Positions 1 through 9,941 of a stretch of 64,000 bases of DNA are shown piece after piece. Both the position numbers and the translations under genes were made by a program. The notes under the pieces were generated by a model, which was given only the letters and a program-made list of their open reading frames with translations, was not told the DNA's origin and did no database searches. Source of the stretch: Nitrosopumilus sp. (GTDB taxonomy: Archaea; Thermoproteota; Nitrososphaeria; Nitrososphaerales; Nitrosopumilaceae); NCBI GenBank assembly GCA_965207075.1, contig CBDBLO010000002.1, positions 288,001 through 352,000 on the forward strand, given 5' to 3'. How positions within the stretch are numbered: position 1 is the first letter of the stretch; each line of letters starts with the position of its first letter.

Positions 1-4
1 GAGC

Positions 5-499
5 GTGCCGGAGATGGCAGTCGACGACCGCATGCAGGAGTCGTACTTGGACGGGATGGTCGGCGGACTGCTTGACATGCGTGCCGTCGGGCTGTCCCTT
101 GAGGATGCAAAGTCGCTTCAGCGGCTGCCCACGCTGTACGCAAAGGGCCTGGACTCGTACGTCCGGCGGCTGGTGGACAACACAAAGCAGATCATACGGG
201 ACTGTGACATGCGTACCACCAAGACCAAGGTGGTCATACTGTGGTCGTTTGATGACCATCTGATGCGCGGCGACCGCAACGAGATATGCAACGTGCTGGC
301 CAGCCGGCTGCACGACTGGCTGGCCGACGTGGACGTGTACGCGGAGCCGCCGCCGGGAATCTTTTCGACTGACAAGCCAATGGCCGTCATCCCGTGCTCC
401 CTGAAGGACTTTGAGCGGGCCGCGGCCGCCAAGGCCGAAAAGCCCAACCTGGTGGTGGTGAAGGCCACCCCGCTGTGCGAGCAGTTTGAAGGATCGTAG
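5..499 (+). CDS. Hypothetical protein, probably the 3' part of a gene truncated by the window edge
   Basis: The frame is open from the window start, has coding-like codon usage and ends in TAG at 497-499. No motif recognised. Confidence 0.6.
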   Translation: MPEMAVDDRMQESYLDGMVGGLLDMRAVGLSLEDAKSLQRLPTLYAKGLDSYVRRLVDNTKQIIRDCDMRTTKTKVVILWSFDDHLMRGDRNEICNVLASRLHDWLADVDVYAEPPPGIFSTDKPMAVIPCSLKDFERAAAAKAEKPNLVVVKATPLCEQFEGS

Positions 500-624
500 T
501 TAGTTGCATAACCCGAGTTCTTGGTGTGTGCCCTCAACCGCAGAATGAGGCGTAGGCAGGGCTGCGCAGCCAACTAAAGGAGCGCCAGTTGTTAAATTAT
601 AAATCGCCTGCGCCGTGGCGCTAG

Positions 625-1386
625 ATGATGTCACAAAACGACGGGCCGCCTGCAGGTGGCGGAGGTGACGGCGGCCGCGATCCCGGCGCGGTGGCCGGAA
701 CGGATTACGCGGCCGACGGGGAGATTACAATTGAGAATGTTGCCGGCGGGGATGTTGCCGGTGGAAACGACGACGGAGGTTCAGACGGCGGCGCCACGGG
801 CCCCGAACCGACCGCGGATGCGGCCACGGCCGCTGCAGAGTCAGAGTCGGAGCCAGACGACGGCAGCCGCACCCGTGATGCCAAGCACGACGGCACGGCG
901 CCGCCGACGTCGTCGCCTGACATGGACCCCGCGCAGCTGTACAACCTGTTGCAGGCAGAGACGGCCAAGTCCTCCAGATACGAGCAAAAGCTCAAGCTCG
1001 CGCTTGCCGACTATCAGAACCTTACGAAGAGGACGGCGTCTGAGATCGAGGCCGGGATTGCCGCGAGGCTGGGGGGACTCGTGTCCGACGTGCTCGGCGT
1101 GCGGGACGACTTTGTCAGGGCCCGCGACACGTTTGCCAAGGAGCAGGTTGACACGGAGGGGCTTGACTCCATACTGCGCAACATGGACTCGATGCTTGAG
1201 AGGTACGAGGTCAGGCCCATCGACGCTCTCGGAGAGATATTCGACCCGAACATGCACGAGGCCGTCTCCTCGGAGGTGGACCCGCTGCTTGATGAGAACA
1301 CCATAACAAAGGAGCTGCGCCGCGGTTACATGATGAAAAATACGATTATAAGGCCTTCAATGGTAGTCATATCAAAAAAGGAGTAG
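625..1386 (+). CDS. grpE: Nucleotide exchange factor GrpE with an acidic/Gly-rich N-terminal extension
   Basis: Motifs LADYQNLTKR, GEIFDPNMHEAV and GYMMKNTIIRPSMVVI; lies directly upstream of dnaK. Confidence 0.96.
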   Translation: MMSQNDGPPAGGGGDGGRDPGAVAGTDYAADGEITIENVAGGDVAGGNDDGGSDGGATGPEPTADAATAAAESESEPDDGSRTRDAKHDGTAPPTSSPDMDPAQLYNLLQAETAKSSRYEQKLKLALADYQNLTKRTASEIEAGIAARLGGLVSDVLGVRDDFVRARDTFAKEQVDTEGLDSILRNMDSMLERYEVRPIDALGEIFDPNMHEAVSSEVDPLLDENTITKELRRGYMMKNTIIRPSMVVISKKE

Positions 1387-1397
1387 CGCGGTAAATA

Positions 1398-3368
1398 ATG
1401 AGTAAAGTTATCGGCATTGATCTTGGCACCAGCAACTCTGCTGCTGCCGTAATGATGGGCGGCAAACCCGCCATAATTCCGGCGGCCGAGGGCGCCACCG
1501 TGGGCGGCAAGGCCTTTCCCTCCGTCGTGGCGTTCTCAAAGGAGGGCGACCTCTTGGTGGGGGAGCCGGCGCGCAGGCAGGCCGTCACAAACCCCACAAA
1601 CACCATCGTCGCGGCAAAGCGCAAGATGGGATCCGATCACACGTTCCGCATACAGGACAAGGACTACAAGCCGCAGCAGATCTCGGCGTTCATCCTGCAA
1701 AAGATCAAAAAGGACGCGGAGGCGTTCGTCGGTGAGCCTGTCCAGAAGGCAGTCATCACGGTCCCGGCATACTTTGATGACAACCAGCGCCAGGCCACAA
1801 AGGACGCCGGCACGATCGCGGGGCTTGATGTCGTCCGGATAATCAACGAGCCGACGGCCGCCTCGCTTGCGTTCGGGCTGGACAAGGCAAAGGAGGACAT
1901 GAAGATACTGGTCTTTGACTTTGGCGGCGGCACGCTGGACGTTACCATAATGGAGATGGGCGGCGGCGTCTTTGAGGTGATGAGCACCTCCGGCGACACG
2001 CAGCTCGGGGGGACCGACATGGACAAGGCCCTGATCGACTATATCTCCGACGAGTTCCGCAAAAAGGAGGGCATAGACCTTGGATCCGACGTGACTGCGA
2101 TGACGCGCATACGGGAGGCGGCCGAAAAGGCAAAGATCGAGCTGTCCACCGTAATGGAGACTGACGTCAACCTGCCGTTCATAGCAAACGACCCCTCGTC
2201 GGGCGCAAAGAACCTCGAGATCAGGATCACCAGGGCAAAGCTCGACGAGCTCATCGACCCGATAGTGCAGCGCTGCAAGCCGTCCATACTAAAGGCGCTC
2301 GAGGATGCGAAGGTTACGGACTCTGACATCGGCAAGATAGTGATGGTCGGGGGCCCCACCAGGATACCGCTTGTAAGAAAGTTCGTCGGCGAGGTGGTCG
2401 GCAAGACGCCCGAGTCCGGCGTGGACCCGATGGAGGCAGTCGCAATGGGCGCAGCGATCCAGGCCGGCATCATAGCAGGCGACGTTACAAGCGATATCGT
2501 ACTGCTTGACGTGACGCCGCTGACGCTCGGGATAGAGACGCTGGGCGGGGTCAGGGAGCCGCTCATAGAGCGCAACACCACCATACCCACCTCAAAGTCC
2601 AAGGTCTTTACCACCGCCGCGGACAACCAGACGGCCGTTACCATACACGTGGTGCAGGGGGAGCGCCCGATGGCCTCGGACAACGTCTCTCTTGGAAGCT
2701 TCAACCTTACGGACCTGCCCCCGGCGCCAAGGGGCGTGCCGCAGATAGAGGTCAAGTTCGACATCGACGCCAACGGAATAATCAACGTGACTGCAAAGGA
2801 TCTCGGGACGCAGAAGGAGGCAAAGATCACGATCGAGTCGTCCACCAAGCTGTCCGAGGACGAGATTGAAAAGCTAAAGGAGGACGCCGAAAAGTTCTCC
2901 GAGGAGGACAAAAAGAAAAAGGAAAAGATAGACCTCCGGAACGAGGCGGAGAGCTATATCTACACCACCGAGAAGCTGGTAACCCAGGACCTCAAGGACA
3001 AGATAACACAGGAGCAGGGCATCAAGATTACCGACGCGGCAAAGGAGGTAAAGGAGGCCCTGGACAGGGAGCCGGAGGAGCTAAAGATAAAGCTAGAGGC
3101 CCTTCAAAAGATTGTAAACGAGGTGACCGTGGAGCTGTACAAGAATGCCGCTCCGGGGGCAGACCCGCAGCAGCAGCAACAGCAACAGTCGGCCGCCGAG
3201 GGTGACGAGAACGTGTTTGAAAAGGTGGATCCAGAAGGGCAGCAGTCGGAGGGCGCGCGGGAAAGTGACGGCGCTGGCAGTGCAGACAGTGACAACAATA
3301 GCAACAGCAACGACAACAACAGCAACGACTCGGCGCAAAAGGATCCGCACCAGACGGGCCAGTCGTGA
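1398..3368 (+). CDS. dnaK: Molecular chaperone DnaK (Hsp70)
   Basis: Motifs [49 protein letters not shown] and [16 protein letters not shown]. Confidence 0.99.
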   Translation: MSKVIGIDLGTSNSAAAVMMGGKPAIIPAAEGATVGGKAFPSVVAFSKEGDLLVGEPARRQAVTNPTNTIVAAKRKMGSDHTFRIQDKDYKPQQISAFILQKIKKDAEAFVGEPVQKAVITVPAYFDDNQRQATKDAGTIAGLDVVRIINEPTAASLAFGLDKAKEDMKILVFDFGGGTLDVTIMEMGGGVFEVMSTSGDTQLGGTDMDKALIDYISDEFRKKEGIDLGSDVTAMTRIREAAEKAKIELSTVMETDVNLPFIANDPSSGAKNLEIRITRAKLDELIDPIVQRCKPSILKALEDAKVTDSDIGKIVMVGGPTRIPLVRKFVGEVVGKTPESGVDPMEAVAMGAAIQAGIIAGDVTSDIVLLDVTPLTLGIETLGGVREPLIERNTTIPTSKSKVFTTAADNQTAVTIHVVQGERPMASDNVSLGSFNLTDLPPAPRGVPQIEVKFDIDANGIINVTAKDLGTQKEAKITIESSTKLSEDEIEKLKEDAEKFSEEDKKKKEKIDLRNEAESYIYTTEKLVTQDLKDKITQEQGIKITDAAKEVKEALDREPEELKIKLEALQKIVNEVTVELYKNAAPGADPQQQQQQQSAAEGDENVFEKVDPEGQQSEGARESDGAGSADSDNNSNSNDNNSNDSAQKDPHQTGQS

Positions 3369-3431
3369 CCCTGCGGCACGCGGTGCGGCTTGATATCGTT
3401 TATACGTAAAACATTCGGAGCGTGACGTGCC

Positions 3432-4514
3432 GTGAGTTCGAAGCGTGACTATTACGAGGTTCTGGGCGTTGGCAAGGACGCGCCCGCCGACGAGATAAAG
3501 AAACAGTACCGCAAGCTGGCGCTAAAGTTCCACCCCGATCGCAACAGCACGGCCGAGGCCGCCGAGCACTTCAAGGAGATATCCGAGGCGTATGCGGTGC
3601 TGTCCGACGGCTCCAAGCGGCAGCTGTACGACAGGGCCGGGCATGCGGGAGTCGACGGGCAGTACAGCACGGAAGATATCTTTGGCGGGGCGCGCGGAAA
3701 CTTTGACGAGGTATTCGGCCGGGACGGCGGCGGATTCGAGTCCATCTTTGAGCAGATCTTTGGGGGCAGGGGCCGCGGCGGCTTCGGCCGGAGCCGCGAG
3801 GGCGCCGACCGCCTAGTTGAGACGTCGGTTACGCTTGAGGAGGTTCTGCACGGCAAGAACTTGGAGATCGAGGTCCAAAAGCGCATAACCTGCGGGGAGT
3901 GCAGCGGGACGGGATGCCGCCCCGGGACTAGGAGGAAGACGTGCTCTGCATGCGGGGGCCAGGGCCAGATCAGGAAGACGCGCCAGATGGGGTTTGCCTC
4001 CTTTGTAACCGCAATGCCCTGCTCTGCATGCGGGGGCCAGGGCATGGCCATAGAGGACCCGTGCGGCAAGTGCAAGGGGAACGGCAGCCGCAAGGGAAAG
4101 AAACCCATTGCATTCAAGATACCCCCCGGTGTCGATGACGGGGACTATACCATACAGGGAGAGGGCGACGAGGTGCCCGGAGGCCGGAACGGCGACCTGA
4201 TAGTGAGGGTGAGGGTCATGAGGCACAAGCTCTTTGAGCGCGACGGCAAGGACATACACATGCGCCTGCACGTCCCGATGGTGGACGCCGCGCTCGGATG
4301 CACCATGAGGGTTCCCACGCTTGACGGCATGGAGACCATAAGGATAGATCCCGGCAGCCAGCCAAACGACACCATAAAGGTGAGGGGCAAGGGGGTCTCG
4401 CACGTCCGCAGCCGCGGCAAGGGCGACATGCTGGTGCACCTTGCCGTCGGGATACCAAAAAAACTCAACCGCACTCAGAGGCGGCTGCTCGAAGAGTTTC
4501 AGAAGGAGGGTTAG
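3432..4514 (+). CDS. dnaJ: Chaperone DnaJ
   Basis: J-domain with HPD, G/F-rich region, four CxxCxGxG repeats and C-terminal domain. Confidence 0.99.
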   Translation: MSSKRDYYEVLGVGKDAPADEIKKQYRKLALKFHPDRNSTAEAAEHFKEISEAYAVLSDGSKRQLYDRAGHAGVDGQYSTEDIFGGARGNFDEVFGRDGGGFESIFEQIFGGRGRGGFGRSREGADRLVETSVTLEEVLHGKNLEIEVQKRITCGECSGTGCRPGTRRKTCSACGGQGQIRKTRQMGFASFVTAMPCSACGGQGMAIEDPCGKCKGNGSRKGKKPIAFKIPPGVDDGDYTIQGEGDEVPGGRNGDLIVRVRVMRHKLFERDGKDIHMRLHVPMVDAALGCTMRVPTLDGMETIRIDPGSQPNDTIKVRGKGVSHVRSRGKGDMLVHLAVGIPKKLNRTQRRLLEEFQKEG

Positions 4515-4519
4515 CCGCC

Positions 4520-5155
4520 ATGAATGGCGGCGGCGGCAGCAGTGGTGGCAACTACGACGGCGGCCATGACGGCATCTGCAGGATAGCCTTGGACGTGGAC
4601 GGCGTGCTGGCCGACGTGATGCAGGCGTGGCTGCGCATGACAAACCCCGGCAGGCTCGGCCCGCTCTCCAAGTCAGACATGACCGGCTGGGACTTTTGGT
4701 CAAGATACGGCGTCAAGAAGCGGGACTTTTACGCCCAGCTTGACGCATGCTGGAACGAATGGGACTCCCTGCCTCCCACGGAGCCGGATCTGGCCCGCGC
4801 GACGGAAGGGCTGTCGCGCATAGGCGCGGTGGATATCGTCACGGCCCGGTCGCCGGCGACGAACAGGCACGTAAGGATGTGGCTCAAGCTTCACGACGTA
4901 TCGTACCGGAGGTACGTGCACGTGGCGGCCGGACACATGAAGGCCGATCTGGACTATGACGTGTTCATAGATGACTCGCCCGTAAACGCGGAGGCGTTTT
5001 TGCGCAACGGCAAGCGGGTGATCCTGTACACGCAGCCGTGGAACACCACGGTTGCAGAATCCCCGCCGCGGCTAGTCAGGGTGTCGAGCCTCAGTCAGGC
5101 AGCGGAGGCCGCCGCCCGCATGGCGCCCAGACGTGGCCATAACGGCAGCCAGTAA
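4520..5155 (+). CDS. HAD-superfamily 5'(3')-deoxyribonucleotidase-like protein
   Basis: HAD motifs IALDVDGVLAD, IVTAR and FIDDSP. Confidence 0.8.
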   Translation: MNGGGGSSGGNYDGGHDGICRIALDVDGVLADVMQAWLRMTNPGRLGPLSKSDMTGWDFWSRYGVKKRDFYAQLDACWNEWDSLPPTEPDLARATEGLSRIGAVDIVTARSPATNRHVRMWLKLHDVSYRRYVHVAAGHMKADLDYDVFIDDSPVNAEAFLRNGKRVILYTQPWNTTVAESPPRLVRVSSLSQAAEAAARMAPRRGHNGSQ

Positions 5156-5225
5156 GGCGCCTACTGGCGATGCTTGCGGTGCGCGTGGCGACGGCTTTAC
5201 GGTGACGCAGCATTGGCAGAATCCC

Positions 5226-5387
5226 CTAGTCCGTCCTCCTCATATCCACGGTGTGGCCGTCCCTTACGTGCACCGAATGGGCGGTCTTTAGCAGATCCCT
5301 TATCTTGTCATCGTTGTAAAACTTTGTATTGTACCTGCCAAGCGTCTTTTTGCAGCTGGAGCAGTAGATCTCGATATAGCTGGTCAT
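5226..5387 (-). CDS. Small putative Zn-binding protein (CxxC plus HxxH)
   Basis: Reads MTSYIEIYCSSCKKTLGRYN...AHSVHVRDGH. ATG at 5387 (alternative 5396). Fills the gap between the HAD gene and the ParB-like gene. Confidence 0.7.
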   Translation of the reverse strand: MTSYIEIYCSSCKKTLGRYNTKFYNDDKIRDLLKTAHSVHVRDGHTVDMRRTD

Positions 5388-5530
5388 ACACGGCATGAAG
5401 GATTCCCATATAATAACGCGGAGAAAGGCCCGCCGTGCCAGAAAAGGGAGCGCCATGCCGGCGCGGCCGATCACAATATGACTATAAAAATGATAAATAT
5501 TCCGCACACGTACATTGTTTGGCTGTAATT

Positions 5531-6457
5531 ATGGAACCGTACGATAACTCGCTTGTCGAACCCATAGAGTTGAGGATGGTAAGGCCGTCAAAGTTCCCCA
5601 CCCGCAGCCCTGACCCGAAGGACTCCCCGGAGATTGAGGCCCTCAAGGCCAGCATCAGGGATCACGGGCTGCTGCAGCCCATAGTAGTGCGCCCGCTTGA
5701 GCGGGGCTTTGAGATTGTTGCGGGGCATCGCAGGTTTGCCGCATGCAGGTCGCTCAGATGGAGGTTCATACAGTGCAAGATTGTGGAGTTTGACGACAAG
5801 GAGGCGTACGAGGTGCAGCTTACCGAGAACCTCCAGCGCAAGACGATCGACCCGGTCGAGGAGGCCATGTCGTACCAGCGGTATGTGGATGACTTTGGAT
5901 GGGGCGGAGTCAGCGAGCTTGGGAGGCGGATAGGAAAGAGCGAAGAGTACGTCTCGCACAGGATTCAGCTGCTGAGACTGCCCGAGGATGTGCGCAACAG
6001 GGTAAGGGATCGCGTGCTGGGAATCAGCCAGGCCCTCGAGCTGACCGACGCCGCGCTGGGCGGCCGCGCCTCGGAGCTGGCGCAGGAGATCATAGACAAC
6101 AAGATGACAGTCAAGCAGATACGTCGGGTCAAGGGCCAGTTAAAGCAGGCAGAGGCGTACGACTATTCAGGAATGGCGCCCCCCGGGTGGTCGGAGGGAG
6201 CGCGGCCCGCCGCGCACGACGACGCCGCCGCTGGCGCGGCCGCGGCCAAGACAAGGGAGGCCGCCGTCGTAAAGCGCAGCATCCTCGCGCTCAGGATTAC
6301 GCTCTCAAGGATCGACGAGCTGATAGAGGATGCGGGCAGGGACGGCCCGCACAGCCAGGTTGAGCTGATACAGTTCCTGATGAAGATGAGGATGCAGGCG
6401 CACGCGATGATAGACGACGCGCTGAGGTACAAGCGGGAGCACCGAGCGGCCGCATAG
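5531..6457 (+). CDS. ParB/Spo0J-family protein (CTPase-fold domain plus HTH)
   Basis: GLLQPIVVRP, IVAGHRRFAA (GxxR), ENLQR and HTH VSELGRRIGKSEEYVSHRIQLL. Start taken as the ATG at 5531 after an AT-rich tract. Confidence 0.9.
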   Translation: MEPYDNSLVEPIELRMVRPSKFPTRSPDPKDSPEIEALKASIRDHGLLQPIVVRPLERGFEIVAGHRRFAACRSLRWRFIQCKIVEFDDKEAYEVQLTENLQRKTIDPVEEAMSYQRYVDDFGWGGVSELGRRIGKSEEYVSHRIQLLRLPEDVRNRVRDRVLGISQALELTDAALGGRASELAQEIIDNKMTVKQIRRVKGQLKQAEAYDYSGMAPPGWSEGARPAAHDDAAAGAAAAKTREAAVVKRSILALRITLSRIDELIEDAGRDGPHSQVELIQFLMKMRMQAHAMIDDALRYKREHRAAA

Positions 6458-6518
6458 GACCTGCTTATGATAGTATTACGCGCGGCGAGATGCTACAGTC
6501 CTTTTGCACGCGGCGACG

Positions 6519-7058
6519 TTATTTGCCGATGAACGGCGGGATCCACTCTTTGAGGAATTCTTGATATTCTTTTTCGGTATACGACATGGAATAAAGCGAC
6601 GCCTCTGATTGTGGCACAAAGTCATAGACCTCGTAGGTCTGGAGTATGTCGCCGAACAGGTTACGGTAAATGTCGTTCTCCTCGTCGGCCATCTCCGCGC
6701 TCAGAAATGACTTTATGGTGATCCAGTCGTACCCGCCCCTGGTCCTGCCGGAGAACGCCACGAACGGCGCGTCCTGCAGGTAGCGCTTGAGCCCCTCCAG
6801 CCTCTTTTGCAGCGCCTGGGACGTCCTGAACGTGACCAGGTCGACGCGTATGATGCGGCCGGGCAGCTTTTTGGTGTCCACCGATATCGTGTATCCCTTT
6901 ATGACGCCGCTGTCCTCCAAGGCCTGCTTGCGGGACTCTATCTCCTCTTCCGTGACGCTGTATCCGAACCCCCTGACGCGATCCCAGAGCTCGAACACGG
7001 ACTGTCTGGCGTCCTGGCTCAGCGCCGAGATTATCATCTCGTCAATCCTGTCAACCAT
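6519..7058 (-). CDS. Lrp/AsnC-family transcriptional regulator
   Basis: N-terminal DRIDEMIISALSQDAR, LEDSGVIKGYTISVD, and a RAM-like TRGGYDWI region. Confidence 0.85.
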   Translation of the reverse strand: MVDRIDEMIISALSQDARQSVFELWDRVRGFGYSVTEEEIESRKQALEDSGVIKGYTISVDTKKLPGRIIRVDLVTFRTSQALQKRLEGLKRYLQDAPFVAFSGRTRGGYDWITIKSFLSAEMADEENDIYRNLFGDILQTYEVYDFVPQSEASLYSMSYTEKEYQEFLKEWIPPFIGK

Positions 7059-7449
7059 GATCTTTCTGTATGGTATGGTATGGCATCTCATATGTACTTT
7101 TTTGATCGGCAGCTCCCACGCATGCTGCCGCCACGGCGCCGCCTGTCGCCCTGTACCTAGACTGGGCTCGACGCGCATAATCGGGCGGTTGGCCGTACGA
7201 ACGGGCGGCAGTATGGCGTGCGGCGTAGGCGGCAGCAGCAGCGGCATGGCGTGATGCCCCGCATGCGCAGCAGCGGGCAACGGGACGCACGGGCAAACGT
7301 GGCATGGCAACCAGCGGGAAAGCATGAGTCCGTCCGTCGTGCGTAAAGGACGGTTACGGCATGGGATTTGCGCCTGACTGCAGAAGAAGTGAGCTCATAC
7401 TCTGGAAGCCGGGCCGCATTTTAATACTAGTGCGTGCCTGATTCTCTGC

Positions 7450-9813
7450 TTGGCCGCGATACTCCCCGAGAACGTCGGGTTTCTGGTGATGATAGGCGTG
7501 GGACTCGTGATGGCCCTGACCGTCACGCTGATGGTAAAGGCCGAGACCAAGTGGCTTGGCACGCGCAAGACCTCCGAGTGGTTCTATACCGCGGGCCGCA
7601 CCATAAAGACCGGGCTGATCGCGGCCTCGATAGTGTCGGCCTGGACGTGGGCCGCCACGCTGCTCCAGTCCTCCACTGTAACGTTTGAGTTCGGCGTGGC
7701 CGGCTCGTTCTGGTACGCGGCGGGCGCGTGCATACAGGTCATACTGTTCTCGATACTGGCCGTCGAGCTGAAGCGGAGGGCACCCATGACCCACACGTTC
7801 GCGGAGATGATAAACGTCAGGTACGGAAAGCACGCGCACAAGGTCTTCCTGTTCTTCGGGCTCATGACAAACACGATCGTGACCGCCATGCTCGTGCTGG
7901 GCGGGGCCGCCGTCGTCAACTCGCTTACCGGCGTCGACATCACGCTTGCCGCGTTCCTGCTACCTGCCGGGATCGTACTGTATACCATATTCGGCGGCCT
8001 CAAGGCCACGTTCTTTGCAGAGTACATCAACGCGGGCTTTATCTTCGTGGTCGTGCTGGCGTTCGTGTCGGTGATCTACTTTGTGTCGCCAGACATAGGG
8101 GGGATATCGGGCATGTACGACAAGCTGTCCGCCGCGTCCGTACTGAACCCGGTGGAGGGCAACGCGATGGGAAGCTACCTGACGCTTGCGTCGGCCGGGG
8201 CCCTCGTGTTTGGCGTGATCAACATCGTGGGGAACTTTGGCACCGTGTTTGTGGACCAGTCGTACTGGCAGCGCGCGATCGCGGCCAGGCCCCGCTCCGT
8301 GGTGGGGGGCTTTATCATCGGGGGGCTGGTATGGTTTGCGATACCGTTCACGCTTGCCACCACGCTGGGGTTGGCCGCCATTGCCACCGGCGTGACACTG
8401 AGCGAGGATCAGATCGGGCTGGGCCTCGTCGCGCCCACCGCGGCCGCGGAGATCATGGGGGACATGGGCGCCATCCTGATACTCGCCATCGTGTTTACGG
8501 CCGTGACCGCGGCGGGCTCCTCGCAGCTGGTCAGCGTCTCGTCGCTTATGACATACGACGTGTTCCGGACGTACCTCAAGCCGTCGGCCACGGGCAGGGA
8601 GCTGATGCGCGTCTCCAGGTATGCCATACTGCTGTTCGGGGCCGGGATGGGCCTGATGGCATCCATGCTGTTCCAGCTGGGCGTCAGCCTGCAGTACGTG
8701 TACCTGACGATGGGGATCCTGATAGGATCGGCCGTCGCCCCCATCTCCCTGTCCATACTGTGGGGCCGCACGAACAGGAACGCCGCCACCGTGGCGGCCG
8801 TGACGGGGCTGGTAGCCGGGGTCGCGGCCTGGCTGGGCTCCGCGTCGGCCATACACGGGGAGATCAGTATACTGTCCACCGGCAGCTCCATGCCCCTGCT
8901 TGCCGGGAACGTCGCGTCCATGCTGACGGGGCTGGTCGTTACGGTTGTCGGCAGCATCATGTTCCCGGAGAGGTTCGACTTTAGGGACCTCAAACAGCGC
9001 ATACTCCTTGTCGATGACAGGATCCGCTCCATGCTGCGCCGCGACGCGGACGAGCGCAGGCTTGCGCGCATGTCCGCGCTGTCAAAGCGGATAGGCGTGG
9101 GGGTCTCGATATTCCTGGTGATAGTGTGGCCCGCCTCGCTCTACCTTACCGAGTACGTGTTCACCGAGTTCTCGTTTGCCGTATGGGTGGTCATGGCCAT
9201 AGTGTGGGCCGCGGCCGCGGCCATTGCAGTTATCGTGCTGCCCATACTGGAGGCACGCCACAGCGTAAGGGAGATTGCAGCCAAGATGTTTGGCGCGGGC
9301 GGGCACGGGGACTCTGAGTATGCACGACGGCAGCGGCACGCCGAGGCGTCGCATGGAGACGCCCGCGCACGCGACGGCGATGGAGCGCAGTCCCTGCTCA
9401 AGGTGCTGGTTCCGGTGGACGGCTCCATCGGTTCCCTGCGCGCGCTCAACAACGCAAACCGGCTCCTGAGGGACGTCTCGGCGCTGAGGGTGTACCTCCT
9501 GTACGTGATGGAGTGGGCCGACGAGGACGATTCCGGCGGCGAGGAGAACATGGACGAGCAGCTGAGCAGCCAGATGCGCGAGGAGGGCCGAATAGTACTC
9601 CGTAGCGTGTCGGTTCCTCAGGAGGTGCACAGCTGCACCCGGATCGTAAAGCTCGGCATGCCTGCAAAAAAGATTGCAGAGACGGCCGACAGGCTCGACG
9701 TCGACCTCGTGGCGATGGGCCGCCGCGGACTCGGCGGCACCGACGAGCCGATGGGGCACGTCACCATGGAGGTGATCGGGCTGACCCGGAAGCCGGTGGT
9801 CCTGCTTGACTAG
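7450..9813 (+). CDS. dur3: Dur3-type urea:Na+ symporter (SSS family) fused to a C-terminal universal stress protein domain
   Basis: Dur3 signatures SAWTWAATLLQSS and NFGTVFVDQSYWQRAIAA. The C-terminus is USP-like (VLVPVDGS...LVAMGRRG...KPVVLL). Confidence 0.92.
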   Translation: MAAILPENVGFLVMIGVGLVMALTVTLMVKAETKWLGTRKTSEWFYTAGRTIKTGLIAASIVSAWTWAATLLQSSTVTFEFGVAGSFWYAAGACIQVILFSILAVELKRRAPMTHTFAEMINVRYGKHAHKVFLFFGLMTNTIVTAMLVLGGAAVVNSLTGVDITLAAFLLPAGIVLYTIFGGLKATFFAEYINAGFIFVVVLAFVSVIYFVSPDIGGISGMYDKLSAASVLNPVEGNAMGSYLTLASAGALVFGVINIVGNFGTVFVDQSYWQRAIAARPRSVVGGFIIGGLVWFAIPFTLATTLGLAAIATGVTLSEDQIGLGLVAPTAAAEIMGDMGAILILAIVFTAVTAAGSSQLVSVSSLMTYDVFRTYLKPSATGRELMRVSRYAILLFGAGMGLMASMLFQLGVSLQYVYLTMGILIGSAVAPISLSILWGRTNRNAATVAAVTGLVAGVAAWLGSASAIHGEISILSTGSSMPLLAGNVASMLTGLVVTVVGSIMFPERFDFRDLKQRILLVDDRIRSMLRRDADERRLARMSALSKRIGVGVSIFLVIVWPASLYLTEYVFTEFSFAVWVVMAIVWAAAAAIAVIVLPILEARHSVREIAAKMFGAGGHGDSEYARRQRHAEASHGDARARDGDGAQSLLKVLVPVDGSIGSLRALNNANRLLRDVSALRVYLLYVMEWADEDDSGGEENMDEQLSSQMREEGRIVLRSVSVPQEVHSCTRIVKLGMPAKKIAETADRLDVDLVAMGRRGLGGTDEPMGHVTMEVIGLTRKPVVLLD

Positions 9814-9941
9814 CAGGATGCCGCCGGGCTTTCCTGCGATGCACTCTGGCCAGTTATTTTTTTTGCATTGATGTGGCGGGCGTTCTCCGTGATCGAATCC
9901 ACGTTGCACACTCTTAATAGCCCGGGCATGGCTCCCACCTT

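Noticed and set aside
7192-7206. CCGT-ACGA-ACGG hairpin upstream of dur3-USP resembling a guanidine-II riboswitch loop
   Set aside because: Only one ACGR hairpin with the wrong closing pair. The riboswitch needs two, and this lies well upstream of the likely TATA box near 7420.
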